From a virus (Duplodnaviria > Heunggongvirae > Uroviricota > Caudoviricetes), in the IMG/VR virus record IMGVR_UViG_3300028549_001428: a stretch of 64,000 bases of DNA; one strand, 5' to 3'. The notes under the pieces are model-generated. The model was not told the origin of the DNA and made no database searches. It saw nothing but the letters and a program-made list of their open reading frames with translations. This document shows positions 9,828 to 19,459 of this stretch, in pieces. The number at the start of each line of letters is the position of its first letter. The first letter of the stretch is position 1. A program made the translations under genes and the position numbers.

Positions 9828-10738
9828 TAGAAATCACCTGGATTTACTTGAAAACATGTTAATCCCATATTACGCCACATATTAACTACTTGATTTCTAT
9901 CATCGAATACAATATATGGATAATACTCAGGAGCAATTTGATTTTGATATATTTCAGCCTTGACTATGGCATCTTTACGTGAATCACCTTGCTTTCTCAT
10001 ATACAATGCATCATAAGTAATATTATTAGCCTTTAACCAATTTTCAGTTTGTGTCTTATATGCATCACTTCTGCCAGTAACTATCAATAACTTATATCCA
10101 AATTCAACTAATGCAATGATACAATTCCATAAAGGTTCATTTAATAAATCTCGTTCACAGTTTGCTGTATCATATACATTTCTATCGGTAACTAATGCCA
10201 GTGTTCCATCTAAATCACAGATTATACATTGAATGTTTGAGGTTTCTGGCGTACCGATAATCGGCAATTGTGTAGTTATTAGATTATCAAACATACCATG
10301 TTTCTTACACGATACCAAATCCTTAGATAACTTATTTATAATATCAGCACCAACTGAATGATCTCGTTTTTTATCTCGTGCAATACATTCATCAGCATCT
10401 ACATCAAACACTTTACTTGTAAATCGAACTACTGCATTGTAATCATTACAATACTGTCTAATGGTATTAGTTAATGTTTGAACAGTTTTATAACTAAGAT
10501 TTGTATCATCAATAATTAGATTGTTTCCTCTTACAAGGCAACCTGTTATGAGTCTGCATTGCATATCAGTTATAAAATTTTCAAACTTTTCTATATGATG
10601 TGTTTTCTTATCAGCAAACATGTTTCGTAAATCATCACGATTGATTCTTACATAATCAGTGTGTTTTGATATAAAATCTTTTGCCCATGTACTCTTACCA
10701 GATGCTGGTAGTCCGTGTGTCATTATTATTTCTTGCAT
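9827..10738 (-). CDS. pseT: polynucleotide 5'-kinase/3'-phosphatase (T4 PseT-like)
   Basis: GLPASGKST P-loop, RINRDDLR, HAD motif CDLDGTLA, FDDRNQVVNMWR. Confidence 0.95.
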   Translation of the reverse strand: MQEIIMTHGLPASGKSTWAKDFISKHTDYVRINRDDLRNMFADKKTHHIEKFENFITDMQCRLITGCLVRGNNLIIDDTNLSYKTVQTLTNTIRQYCNDYNAVVRFTSKVFDVDADECIARDKKRDHSVGADIINKLSKDLVSCKKHGMFDNLITTQLPIIGTPETSNIQCIICDLDGTLALVTDRNVYDTANCERDLLNEPLWNCIIALVEFGYKLLIVTGRSDAYKTQTENWLKANNITYDALYMRKQGDSRKDAIVKAEIYQNQIAPEYYPYIVFDDRNQVVNMWRNMGLTCFQVNPGDF

Positions 10739-10739
10739 A

Positions 10740-11066
10740 TTATTCTCTAAATGTTATTTTGAATTTACTGGTTAATTCTTTTACAAATGCCCTTTTAATG
10801 ACATTAAAAATTGGATGTCCTATATATGGATTAAATCCAATACGAAATACTTCTATTCCAGCAAGTGATCTATCCAATGATTTCAATAATGGTTCGCTGT
10901 ATATTCTACTCAATACATCATCCAATGAAAACTTATGCTTATTAAACAATAGATTCATTCGTTTATCATGGATAACATCAGTAATTTTAAAACCCACAGG
11001 GTCATTGAAATTTGATAAATGTCCCTCTTTTGGATTATGTGTATAATAACATAATGGAGTAATCAT
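10740..11066 (-). CDS. small protein, MIT-start group
   Basis: Starts MITPL; coupled in operon. Confidence 0.65.
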   Translation of the reverse strand: MITPLCYYTHNPKEGHLSNFNDPVGFKITDVIHDKRMNLLFNKHKFSLDDVLSRIYSEPLLKSLDRSLAGIEVFRIGFNPYIGHPIFNVIKRAFVKELTSKFKITFRE

Positions 11067-11869
11067 ACGAGTTCTTTTGCCTTCAAATATAATTCACTAT
11101 ATTTCAGCAATAACTTATTGAAACAATCCATAGCAAAATCGTTATCTGGAATACCAACCATGTCATTGACTTCCAGCAATCCTATTTTATCACCAACCGC
11201 ATAATCAACACCAAGTAATGGGCCAGCCACATGTATCTGTAAAATTAATGCATCATGCACTAATTCATTTGCACATGGAAGCCATTTAAGAGTTTCCTCT
11301 TTTTGTGTATTCCAATGATATGTAATTTCATCTACTGGATGATCGTTCTTTATCCATGTATCTGGATTTACTTGCTCGATTAAGAATATATCATCACTAA
11401 TAATAAGTACACGAATCCCACGATGATTCTCTACAAATTCCTCATATACTACGCTTTCATGCCTAAGCATTTTTCGTGGAGCACCTGGATATTTGTATTT
11501 ACCTATTCCCTGATGATTATCACCAGTTTTCATTATAGGCAACTCTTTATTTGGCTTTGGAATGCCAGTAAATGCATCTATATATTCTCGTTTCAATGGA
11601 AATTTTGTAATACTATCGAGTTCTTTAAGCTGTGTTGCTCTATTCCTTAATTTATGAGTAATATACTTATTAGGGAATAGTATTGCACCACGCTCTGCCA
11701 TTGAATCGTATAGTTTACTATGCTTATAGTTAAAAAATATTACAAAATCACCAGCAACTACTTTGCTATTCAATGACGAAGGATCGTGGGTTGATTTAAA
11801 TGATCCATTAGGTAAATGAGTCATTAAATAATTTTTTGTGTATGGTTCTAAATCGTAATACCAGATCAT
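11063..11869 (-). CDS. ATP-grasp fold protein (RimK-like ligase)
   Basis: IMKTGDNHQGIGK, YEEFV, IRVLI, GVDY, LLEVND. Confidence 0.7.
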   Translation of the reverse strand: MIWYYDLEPYTKNYLMTHLPNGSFKSTHDPSSLNSKVVAGDFVIFFNYKHSKLYDSMAERGAILFPNKYITHKLRNRATQLKELDSITKFPLKREYIDAFTGIPKPNKELPIMKTGDNHQGIGKYKYPGAPRKMLRHESVVYEEFVENHRGIRVLIISDDIFLIEQVNPDTWIKNDHPVDEITYHWNTQKEETLKWLPCANELVHDALILQIHVAGPLLGVDYAVGDKIGLLEVNDMVGIPDNDFAMDCFNKLLLKYSELYLKAKELV

Positions 11870-12648
11870 TACAGTGTTGCCTTTTTTATAATTACACCAT
11901 TGTAATCAAATGATTCCACATATGAATGAATACGAATAATATCACCCGATGGGGTTATTCCTAGTGTTGGTACATCATCTGTATACACACTATACCCACT
12001 CAATATAATAGGGTCATTATTTGTTATTAATTCACATCGATCATATTCATATTTATCTATATAAAATGTATCATAATCAGTAACCAACAAAGCATTTCCA
12101 TATTTAGCTTTCATTTTTTCGTGAATATCCTTCAATACGGTATTCACATAATTTTTTAAGTTCACCTCAGATGAAATCCACATAGACTTATCTATGTTAC
12201 CCCAGAAATAATTTGTAAACAGCTTCGTGTTATGCTGAATCAAATCTAATTTATCAGCAATATCTCTATACAAGCTACGATTATATCTATGCCTGATAGT
12301 ATACTTTAATTCGGTTTTAATTCTTTTACGAAATTCTATAAGTCCAGTCAACACAATATCAAAGGGAAATGAAGTTCTTGCCTTTAGTTTAGCTAACGCA
12401 TTAACCATAAAACTAACAATAGACACTTCTTTCACATTATTATATAATACACCTTTTTCACGCATATATTCATCGAATACATGTTTGTTGGTTAGTTCGC
12501 TACAACTTAAATTTGGTGTAAATTGTACATTGAATGCTTTAAGCACTTCATGCAAAATGGTATCATAACTTGATTTAATCTTAGTTTCATCGATTACTTG
12601 AAATATTTCGATTAACTTTTCTTCTGTTTCAATAGATAATGTTGTCAT
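11869..12648 (-). CDS. degenerate family-B DNA polymerase palm/fingers derivative
   Basis: Spacing and residues echo PolB motif B (QHNTKLFTNYFWG) and motif C (YGNALLVTDYDTFY); motif A Asp appears lost. Confidence 0.5.
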   Translation of the reverse strand: MTTLSIETEEKLIEIFQVIDETKIKSSYDTILHEVLKAFNVQFTPNLSCSELTNKHVFDEYMREKGVLYNNVKEVSIVSFMVNALAKLKARTSFPFDIVLTGLIEFRKRIKTELKYTIRHRYNRSLYRDIADKLDLIQHNTKLFTNYFWGNIDKSMWISSEVNLKNYVNTVLKDIHEKMKAKYGNALLVTDYDTFYIDKYEYDRCELITNNDPIILSGYSVYTDDVPTLGITPSGDIIRIHSYVESFDYNGVIIKKATL

Positions 12649-12708
12649 AGTTCCTCTTTATTGAAGTTATCTCACAGCAAATTAAGCTGATATTGTAAGT
12701 ATAGCAAT

Positions 12709-12957
12709 TTATTCGGTTATTTCCCAATTACCAAACGGAATAATATTTATTACATGACTCCGATGTAATGTTGCTGTGTGTTCAGCTTTAGTAATTTCCC
12801 CGTGTGAACCAAATCTGTTTTTTAACACAGTAATGCGTCCCTGTTGGGTTTTTGAGAAAATATATAAAGCCATATTATTTTCTTTATAATCACCTAATTT
12901 GGGTTCGTATGGTAGTGATCTTTCAATTACGCCATTTGTTAAGTGTAGTCTTTTCAT
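12709..12957 (-). CDS. small protein with a DnaB C-terminal-like motif
   Basis: RITVLKNRFGSHG. Confidence 0.5.
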   Translation of the reverse strand: MKRLHLTNGVIERSLPYEPKLGDYKENNMALYIFSKTQQGRITVLKNRFGSHGEITKAEHTATLHRSHVINIIPFGNWEITE

Positions 12958-13016
12958 AATTTAGTAATATAGAAAGATTATGCCTAAATGTCCATAAAAA
13001 ATGCTATATTTTTTGA

Positions 13017-13289
13017 ATGATTACTAGAATAGCTCAATATCATCAATCGGATTTATTTACAGGGTTTTGTAAAAGACCTATGTATATAACGATTTCTGAA
13101 ATGTATGAACATGATGTAACTGATAAATTTTCATCATTCTATTGGTTTGATATTGTCGGAGATGAACTTTTATCAGAATCTATTAGACGAATAGAAACTA
13201 ACGCATTATCACAAAACCCATCGGATTACTTCTGTAAAGAATTTAATACTGACTTTAAACAATATTTGAATAAATTGGTTAGCAAATGA
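13017..13289 (+). CDS. small protein, MIT-start group
   Basis: Starts MITRI. Confidence 0.65.
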   Translation: MITRIAQYHQSDLFTGFCKRPMYITISEMYEHDVTDKFSSFYWFDIVGDELLSESIRRIETNALSQNPSDYFCKEFNTDFKQYLNKLVSK

Positions 13290-13567
13290 CAACAACTACT
13301 ATAAATAAAAAACTAATTGACAAAATCAACAATATATGGTACGAAAAGAACAAACCAAATCGAACCGCAGTTGATAAGTTCATAGGAAAATTAGTTACCA
13401 TAGACAGTGAACGATACCTGATAACAGGAACCAAACCATGTACTAAAACCCTTCAAGGGAACAGCGATGAAACCCCAAGAATAGTACAATCCTTTGCGTT
13501 GCTCATAGGAACTGAGTGGGTTGAATGGTTCGATTTTATCAGAAATTACAATCGCATGGTAAAATAG
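13286..13567 (+). CDS. hypothetical protein (93 aa)
   Basis: ATGA-coupled to previous ORF. Confidence 0.7.
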   Translation: MTTTTINKKLIDKINNIWYEKNKPNRTAVDKFIGKLVTIDSERYLITGTKPCTKTLQGNSDETPRIVQSFALLIGTEWVEWFDFIRNYNRMVK

Positions 13568-13573
13568 TATATT

Positions 13574-13583
13574 TATAAACTAT
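13574..13583 (+). promoter_or_regulatory. putative late promoter TATAAACTAT
   Basis: Same 10-mer at 35121, 36263, 39820(-) and 56149(-); resembles T4 late TATAAATA. Confidence 0.65.
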
Positions 13584-13588
13584 ATGAA

Positions 13589-14023
13589 ATGGATTATTCT
13601 AAACAAATATTGATTGAATTCATAGATTCGTTTAATTCTGGTGAGTTAAACGAAGTATTTCATAATGCCATAAATGTAATATTTGAAGATAGTGTAGCAT
13701 CAACCAGTTCAGATATGTATTCGGATGGTATTAAGAATTCGCAACTAAATACCACAGATATAGATGAAGGAACAAATTCATACTTAGGTAGTGAAGCGGA
13801 AATTTTTAATGGCGATGAAACTGATCTAATCGATGAATTAGATCTATTCAATATTGAAAATGTTACAATGCATGACGCAGATGAATCACTTCGTGAAAAA
13901 TTCCATAATACAAGTACATATCAAACTATAATTCCTCAAATCAAAACTATGACAGATTCTCATAAATTGATGCAAAGTCATATGAATCGAAATGACACTT
14001 CAGTAAAAATACTGAAAGCATAA
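13589..14023 (+). CDS. acidic late protein, shared N-terminal leader family
   Basis: LIEFIDSF..ELNEVFHNAINVIFE resembles the N-terminus of 39243-39821. Confidence 0.75.
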   Translation: MDYSKQILIEFIDSFNSGELNEVFHNAINVIFEDSVASTSSDMYSDGIKNSQLNTTDIDEGTNSYLGSEAEIFNGDETDLIDELDLFNIENVTMHDADESLREKFHNTSTYQTIIPQIKTMTDSHKLMQSHMNRNDTSVKILKA

Positions 14024-14045
14024 TTGACAAAACCGACTTAAAGTT

Positions 14046-14180
14046 CTATATTAAGTCATTGAATTCTTTTTTTGGTATTAAAAAACCGTTAAGAAAACTA
14101 TCTATTTGTTCCTTTACCCGTTTAGTTGAATCGCATCCATATGTTAATTCCTTACTTGCCTTATGCAATAATGTTATCAT
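14046..14180 (-). CDS. 44-aa protein, MIT-start group (not in ORF track)
   Basis: MITLLHKASKELTYGCDSTKRVKEQIDSFLNGFLIPKKEFNDLI, starting 7 nt after the previous stop. Confidence 0.55.
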   Translation of the reverse strand: MITLLHKASKELTYGCDSTKRVKEQIDSFLNGFLIPKKEFNDLI

Positions 14181-14187
14181 TAATTCT

Positions 14188-14430
14188 TCATACGATGTCA
14201 TTTGTTATCTCCATATACCATTGCATAAATTCTGTTAATTTAAATGAATCACCTACATGCTGACCTAAACTTTTTCCATCAAGTATATAATGAATGCTTA
14301 CACTTTCAGTAGAAAAATAAACTGCGTATAGGTCAAATACATCGCCTTTACAAAAACGAGATGTGAAACTATCTAAGTTTTCAAAGATAGCTGTCTCGTA
14401 TTTACCCAAAATTTTAAAATCTTCTATCAT
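14188..14430 (-). CDS. hypothetical protein (80 aa)
   Basis: ORF after a TATATT box. Confidence 0.65.
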   Translation of the reverse strand: MIEDFKILGKYETAIFENLDSFTSRFCKGDVFDLYAVYFSTESVSIHYILDGKSLGQHVGDSFKLTEFMQWYMEITNDIV

Positions 14431-14488
14431 ACAGCTAATATAGCATTTTTCTTTACAAACACACAGAAAATTTCTATATTAAAATATC

Positions 14489-14743
14489 ATGATAACTCAA
14501 GTAAAGACATCATACAAGGGAATATTACCCCCTTATAAAGAAGAATGCAATATATGCATTTTTCGTGATAATATATTTTCTGTACTTGATAGCATCATTT
14601 ATGAAACATTACATGAACTCGTAATATATGAAATGAATATGCAAATATGGAACGCTGTTATTAGAATAGCACCTCGTGGTGCGATTGAAGCAGAAACCAA
14701 AAAATTACTAGTGAAGATGGTGAATAATGATAACTCAAATTGA
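14489..14743 (+). CDS. small protein, MIT-start group
   Basis: MITQV; promoter TTTACA-17-TATATT at 14452-14480. Confidence 0.7.
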   Translation: MITQVKTSYKGILPPYKEECNICIFRDNIFSVLDSIIYETLHELVIYEMNMQIWNAVIRIAPRGAIEAETKKLLVKMVNNDNSN

Positions 14744-15005
14744 AAGTGATATTACTAAAGAAACAGTTACTTATTTGACTGCGTATAGTCATTCACTATT
14801 TACCCATATAAAACATCTTATAAAATATAAGAAACGATTAAGATCAATAGGCGAATCTATTCGATCAACTTCACACAAATATTATCATGTATACTCAGAT
14901 ATAAATGATACACCAGGCAGACGACTCAATAATAGAATTGAACATCTAGTTAAGTTAAAACTGGCTCATTACATGGATGAGTTAATTAATAACACAAAAG
15001 ACTGA
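14727..15005 (+). CDS. small protein, MIT-start group
   Basis: MITQI; followed by hairpin terminator at about 14997-15025. Confidence 0.7.
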   Translation: MITQIESDITKETVTYLTAYSHSLFTHIKHLIKYKKRLRSIGESIRSTSHKYYHVYSDINDTPGRRLNNRIEHLVKLKLAHYMDELINNTKD

Positions 15006-15078
15006 TCCGATTGGGTCAGTCTTTTAAAAATTATTTTTAGATGATTATTCATATGATCTCCATGAAACCCCTGAATCT

Positions 15079-16098
15079 TCAGTTCATGAGAGATAAAATA
15101 TTATAATTGTTAAATGATTTAAAGGTTATATCAGAGTGCGAAGCACTCTGAGTCAATCTTTTTCCTGTTGTTAAACTATGTAGACTTATTTTATTCTTGG
15201 AAGTTCCACCAATTGTGCATACACCGTATTTAGGATGTGATACGATTGAACCTCTTCTGAAACCAATGGATCTCGTTGACCCATAGGATCTACGAATTCC
15301 ACCCTTCGCAGGTTGAAATACATGCAGTTGTCTACGATGAAACTGCATCGGTTTAATCAATAACATAGATTTGTCAATACTTGGTAAAGATTTCATCTGC
15401 GATGACGCAAGCACCCATGAATCGACACAATGTGCATCCCATACATTAGAAAGTTTGTTAGAATTCTTTGAAAATCCATGTTGCTTACGCAACGATGATG
15501 TTTCAAATCCTTGTAACAAAATTACGTTTAACCCAAGTGATTCTAATTGTGAATAAAACCACTTTTTCCCCACTTCGAGTGGAGAAAAAGAGACATTCCA
15601 TTTCTTTTTATCAGGCTTAGTTACTGCTTTTATATCTTCTATCACAGCAGTTGAAATAGGAAATATTTGTTTCATTGATTTAATCAAATTTAGTTTTACT
15701 TGCCATCTAGCTTTAGTGCTCGGTGGCAACCATTCTTTATCAGAACAATTCAAATACTTGTTTTTCCTACATGGCGTATTACGCTGTCTTCGTGCTCTAC
15801 GAGCATTTCTGCGTGATTCTAATGCGTCCTTAACCCAAGTGACTGCATCCAACTGTATGTTCAATACAGTTTTCTTTTTTGTTGTTATTGATAAGCCTTC
15901 TTTCTTTGATCCGGGGTCTACCCCGATAGTTATTGGTTGAATCTTGTTGTCAGAAGGTGCTCTGTTCAACCTGATACAGAACACACCTTTATGGATGAAA
16001 GGAGTTGCTTGTCTGGACGCAATAAGCAACCTCGCCCTTTGGGGCGTAGTTGGCATTAAAGCCTGTCCATTATATACTACTCCTACTAACATCATCAT
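15079..16098 (-). CDS. isrB: IsrB RNA-guided nickase (RRXRR/PLMP domain, RuvC, no HNH)
   Basis: ALMPT (PLMP), RuvC-I IGVDPG, bridge helix RRNARRARRQR, RuvC-II VIED, RuvC-III DAHCVD; 339 aa; no HNH insert. Confidence 0.88.
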   Translation of the reverse strand: MMMLVGVVYNGQALMPTTPQRARLLIASRQATPFIHKGVFCIRLNRAPSDNKIQPITIGVDPGSKKEGLSITTKKKTVLNIQLDAVTWVKDALESRRNARRARRQRNTPCRKNKYLNCSDKEWLPPSTKARWQVKLNLIKSMKQIFPISTAVIEDIKAVTKPDKKKWNVSFSPLEVGKKWFYSQLESLGLNVILLQGFETSSLRKQHGFSKNSNKLSNVWDAHCVDSWVLASSQMKSLPSIDKSMLLIKPMQFHRRQLHVFQPAKGGIRRSYGSTRSIGFRRGSIVSHPKYGVCTIGGTSKNKISLHSLTTGKRLTQSASHSDITFKSFNNYNILSLMN

Positions 16099-16368
16099 TC
16101 CTCAAAATTTGTCCTTACGGACGCTCCCTTGCGGGGTATATATACATCTTCGCTACTGACCAACCCAGAGCCTCCAGCTAGACGAGCACCAGAGGGTGTT
16201 TTTCGTACTGTCACGTACATTCAGTTCAGTTTTTCTTACAATTGCCTCTTACGAGGCGATTGCCGAAGTAAGCTAGTCAATCATTCAATATATCGCATGA
16301 ATTCTCACGAAGTTGACAACGCTTCCGAATTCACAAGCCCCTGAATCTTTAGTTCAGGGGTGATTGAC
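16099..16368 (-). ncRNA. omega RNA scaffold of IsrB
   Basis: 270-nt GC-richer non-coding stretch upstream of isrB, with CCCCTGAAC..TTCAGGGG and other hairpins. Confidence 0.8.
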
Positions 16369-16546
16369 TTAACGTATTCAATGCCTGTTCTACATCTTGC
16401 ACTAATGGTGTCAAATAAGATTCCACATCTTTCGATAGTTGTTTTGTAACATCGTCTGATATGTTATTTTTTATGATAGTAATTCGTGCTAGTGTTGCCT
16501 TTAGCTCTGTTAATAAAATATTATTAATTTGTTCTTTCGCTTCCAT
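16349..16546 (-). CDS. small coiled-coil protein; C-terminus runs into the IsrB element end
   Basis: Last codons (SQSPLN) are element sequence. Confidence 0.6.
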   Translation of the reverse strand: MEAKEQINNILLTELKATLARITIIKNNISDDVTKQLSKDVESYLTPLVQDVEQALNTLSQSPLN

Positions 16547-16622
16547 TATTTTTTATTCCTTAATTATAATCACCAATATATTCATCACAGTAAAAATGAA
16601 ATTAGATACACTTACCAAATCG

Positions 16623-17765
16623 TTACGTATTAGCGTGATGATATGGGTGTTTATCTAAGAACAATTGTTTGTATTGGGAACCATAGATACCCAAAGTAAA
16701 TCTAGCCAGTGAGTTTGTTGCGCCAACGGTGTCAGCATTGTATGAAGCACCACACTTCACACAAACAAATCTATCCTGTGTTGCTCGATTCGCCTTCTCA
16801 CGGTGGCTACAGTCGGGACATGTTATAGAATTACCATAAGCAGGTACTCGTCTGAGGGACACACCGTGTTCCTCAGATAGCATTTGAATCCTACTGTTTA
16901 TTCTACCTATCATCCAACCAGTGAGAACAGAACGCATATTTTTGGTCAAGCGTCCTTTGACTTTACTCTTATTCTTGATCTTTCTGTTGTCCTCTAGGAC
17001 AAGCAACTGAATCAACTCATATGGAATCTGCTTACAGGATCGATCAATATATTCCTTAATCTCATCACGACAAGCATTCCATGCATTTGAATTTCTCTTC
17101 TTCCTTTTCAGTTTAAGAAGTAATGACATCATATTGGAACCGTAGTGATTTCCATTGTCATCGTTGATGACATGGACTGCACCAGGATCTATTCCAATTA
17201 TATCACCTTCTGTCTTCTTTCCCTGCTCACATTCAAATGAAAACTGTATGTATTTATCAGTCAATATAACAGATGAACATAACTTTCCTTTAGATTCCCA
17301 TTTATTGAAATGCTTGTTTTTCTTTAATGGAATCGCTATTGTTATTGCTCGACCACGAGAATCAAAACATCTCAAATCAACTAATAGATCAAACGATTCA
17401 AGTTCAGTATTCATTTGTATATCAACATTAGTACAACTAAGCAAAATACTACTAGGATTATGTGAGGTATGTGAATATGGCTTATTCAGAGCATCTACAC
17501 TTCGTTTGGTTCCAAGAACCAATGCATGCGCTTCTGCAAATGCATTCTTCTTAGCACGAGCAGTTAACCAAGAGTTACATTTATCTAAATTGGAAGCAAC
17601 TGTTAATTGGTATTTACTCATTCCATTTATGATATCAGATTCATATTGAACAATGACCCATTCAACAACACGATGCATTTCAGCAATAAACTCACGAATA
17701 GAAACCAACTTGACTTCCGTGATCCACTTGTTATAATAACACTTTGTTGAACGAGTATATTTCAT
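16623..17765 (-). mobile_element. tnpB: TnpB RNA-guided nuclease, copy 2 (close paralogue of 8082-9224)
   Basis: Same length (380 aa), colinear, same D-E-D RuvC triad and Zn finger. Confidence 0.9.
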
Positions 17766-17792
17766 TTATTTTAAATATACATTATTACACAA

Positions 17793-18158
17793 TTATTTGT
17801 TATAACAAGGAATTATTTTATAATTATTATTTGGGATATATACTGAACTTAATGCCTTTATTGATGATGTCACAGGTTTGTCAATTCGCTTTACTGCATT
17901 TTTGTAACACTGGATAGGATCATTCTCAAAATAGATTCTATCAATTACTGTAGATTCACCATATTTTTTCTTTAATATGGAAATTGCCTTATCCAGATTA
18001 GTGCTGATGCAAAAATTTGGATCTGTAATTACTAAATGATCGCATTCTAAAGGCAATTCATTAACTGATTGTGGATCATCGAGAAGAAAGCCACCTAGCG
18101 TTTTTGCATAGGTGGTCTTTCCACTGGCTGGCAATCCTATAATCAATGTTATTCGCAT
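17793..18158 (-). CDS. small P-loop kinase-like protein
   Basis: IIGLPASGKTTYAK. Confidence 0.7.
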   Translation of the reverse strand: MRITLIIGLPASGKTTYAKTLGGFLLDDPQSVNELPLECDHLVITDPNFCISTNLDKAISILKKKYGESTVIDRIYFENDPIQCYKNAVKRIDKPVTSSIKALSSVYIPNNNYKIIPCYNK

Positions 18159-18553
18159 ATCAAGTTATGCTCAACCATGTATTCATACAACGAAGGAAGA
18201 TGAATATACTTAATCAAATAATCATGGTAATTGCCATAATAATCACTTGATCCAGATTCATTAGTTACATTTATCAATGCCGATTCAATTTTCTTACCAT
18301 GCAAAAATGAAATGTTAGGACAAACCTTTTCATATAATTCATACAACGAATTAAACTCAGGTACTGAATCATTACTAGAATAACGTTCTCTATTAGTACC
18401 CCAACAACTACCACCACGCATTCCACCAGTGCAATGAGTCATCCATAAGTAGAGTCTATCACAATCAGTTTCTTTGCATGGAATTGAGCGTCTGCCTTCC
18501 CACGGGCGGTTTATGTCCTTCGCAATATCTAAGAACTCTTCTAGAGTCATCAT
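18149..18553 (-). CDS. hypothetical protein
   Basis: ORF; start moved to MMTLEE. Confidence 0.7.
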   Translation of the reverse strand: MMTLEEFLDIAKDINRPWEGRRSIPCKETDCDRLYLWMTHCTGGMRGGSCWGTNRERYSSNDSVPEFNSLYELYEKVCPNISFLHGKKIESALINVTNESGSSDYYGNYHDYLIKYIHLPSLYEYMVEHNLICE

Positions 18554-18554
18554 A

Positions 18555-18692
18555 TTAGTTAGCCCACATGAAAATACCAATTACACACGCAGCAAGACCA
18601 ATACCACCTACAGCACCAGGCGCAAAATGAGCCACACCTACTACCATTGCAGCCAGACCTAATGTTCCAATTCCTTTTCCAATGTATTCCAT
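18555..18692 (-). CDS. 45-aa Gly-rich two-TM peptide (not in ORF track)
   Basis: MEYIGKGIGTLGLAAMVVGVAHFAPGAVGGIGLAACVIGIFMWAN; SD and own promoter at 18712-18740. Confidence 0.7.
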   Translation of the reverse strand: MEYIGKGIGTLGLAAMVVGVAHFAPGAVGGIGLAACVIGIFMWAN

Positions 18693-18725
18693 ATATACTC
18701 CTATTTTCTATAATATAGAAACTAA

Positions 18726-18929
18726 TCATACCTTTGTCAATGGCTTATTTAGATAAGTACCAAACAACGTCTGTTGATTGCGTTTCAAATAATCTTTTAA
18801 GATATACGATTGACCGCTATTCCATATTGTGTTTTCAATACGACACAAAGCATCTATATCATACTTAGATTCCAATTCAGTAAATATTGTTTTTGTTATA
18901 TCTACCGATTTGTAAATTTTGGTAATCAC
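18726..18929 (-). CDS. small protein, MIT-start group
   Basis: GTG start, MITKI. Confidence 0.6.
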   Translation of the reverse strand: MITKIYKSVDITKTIFTELESKYDIDALCRIENTIWNSGQSYILKDYLKRNQQTLFGTYLNKPLTKV

Positions 18930-19459
18930 TTATTTGATTCAATCCATGATTTAATTAGCGAAATTGCTTCTTCAACTGTATTTGCATTAGATTCTAAGAA
19001 ACAACACAACTCATGTGCTTTTTCGTCGGATAAGATAGGAAATTTTTCGGTTTCTTCTCTTCTATTGAATACGGACAACATTTCTTCTGAAAAATTTTCT
19101 CTGATATATGTATATTGATTTGCATAAAATCTGGCTTCCATTGGAAGTGATTCTATTTCAAATCCTTTCAATTCTAGTAACGCAAACATACCAGATGAAA
19201 CATAATCTATATCAGTATAATTAGCTTCACACCACGATGTTACACGAGCATCAAAACCATATTTGACACATTGCACAATTTCACCATCATTTACCATTGC
19301 AGGTATTGATTCGGTTGATAACTTTGTTAATAACGATTCTTTAATACATTCTTTGCAAATTGCATCAAATTCTTCTTTTGTATATTTTGTGTCATGTGTT
19401 ATAACCGTTTCATTTGAACATTCATAATCACAAAAGTCGATTACATATCTATATTTCAT
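18926..19459 (-). CDS. hypothetical acidic protein (177 aa)
   Basis: ORF in operon. Confidence 0.7.
   Translation of the reverse strand: MKYRYVIDFCDYECSNETVITHDTKYTKEEFDAICKECIKESLLTKLSTESIPAMVNDGEIVQCVKYGFDARVTSWCEANYTDIDYVSSGMFALLELKGFEIESLPMEARFYANQYTYIRENFSEEMLSVFNRREETEKFPILSDEKAHELCCFLESNANTVEEAISLIKSWIESNK

Larger units (their letters stand above)
15064..16368 (-). mobile_element. IS200/IS605-like IsrB element (omega RNA + isrB), no TnpA
   Basis: Both ends carry TGAACT(A/G)AAGATTCAGGGG; the 5' end starts with GTCAATCACCCC, typical of IscB/IsrB omega scaffolds. Confidence 0.85.
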
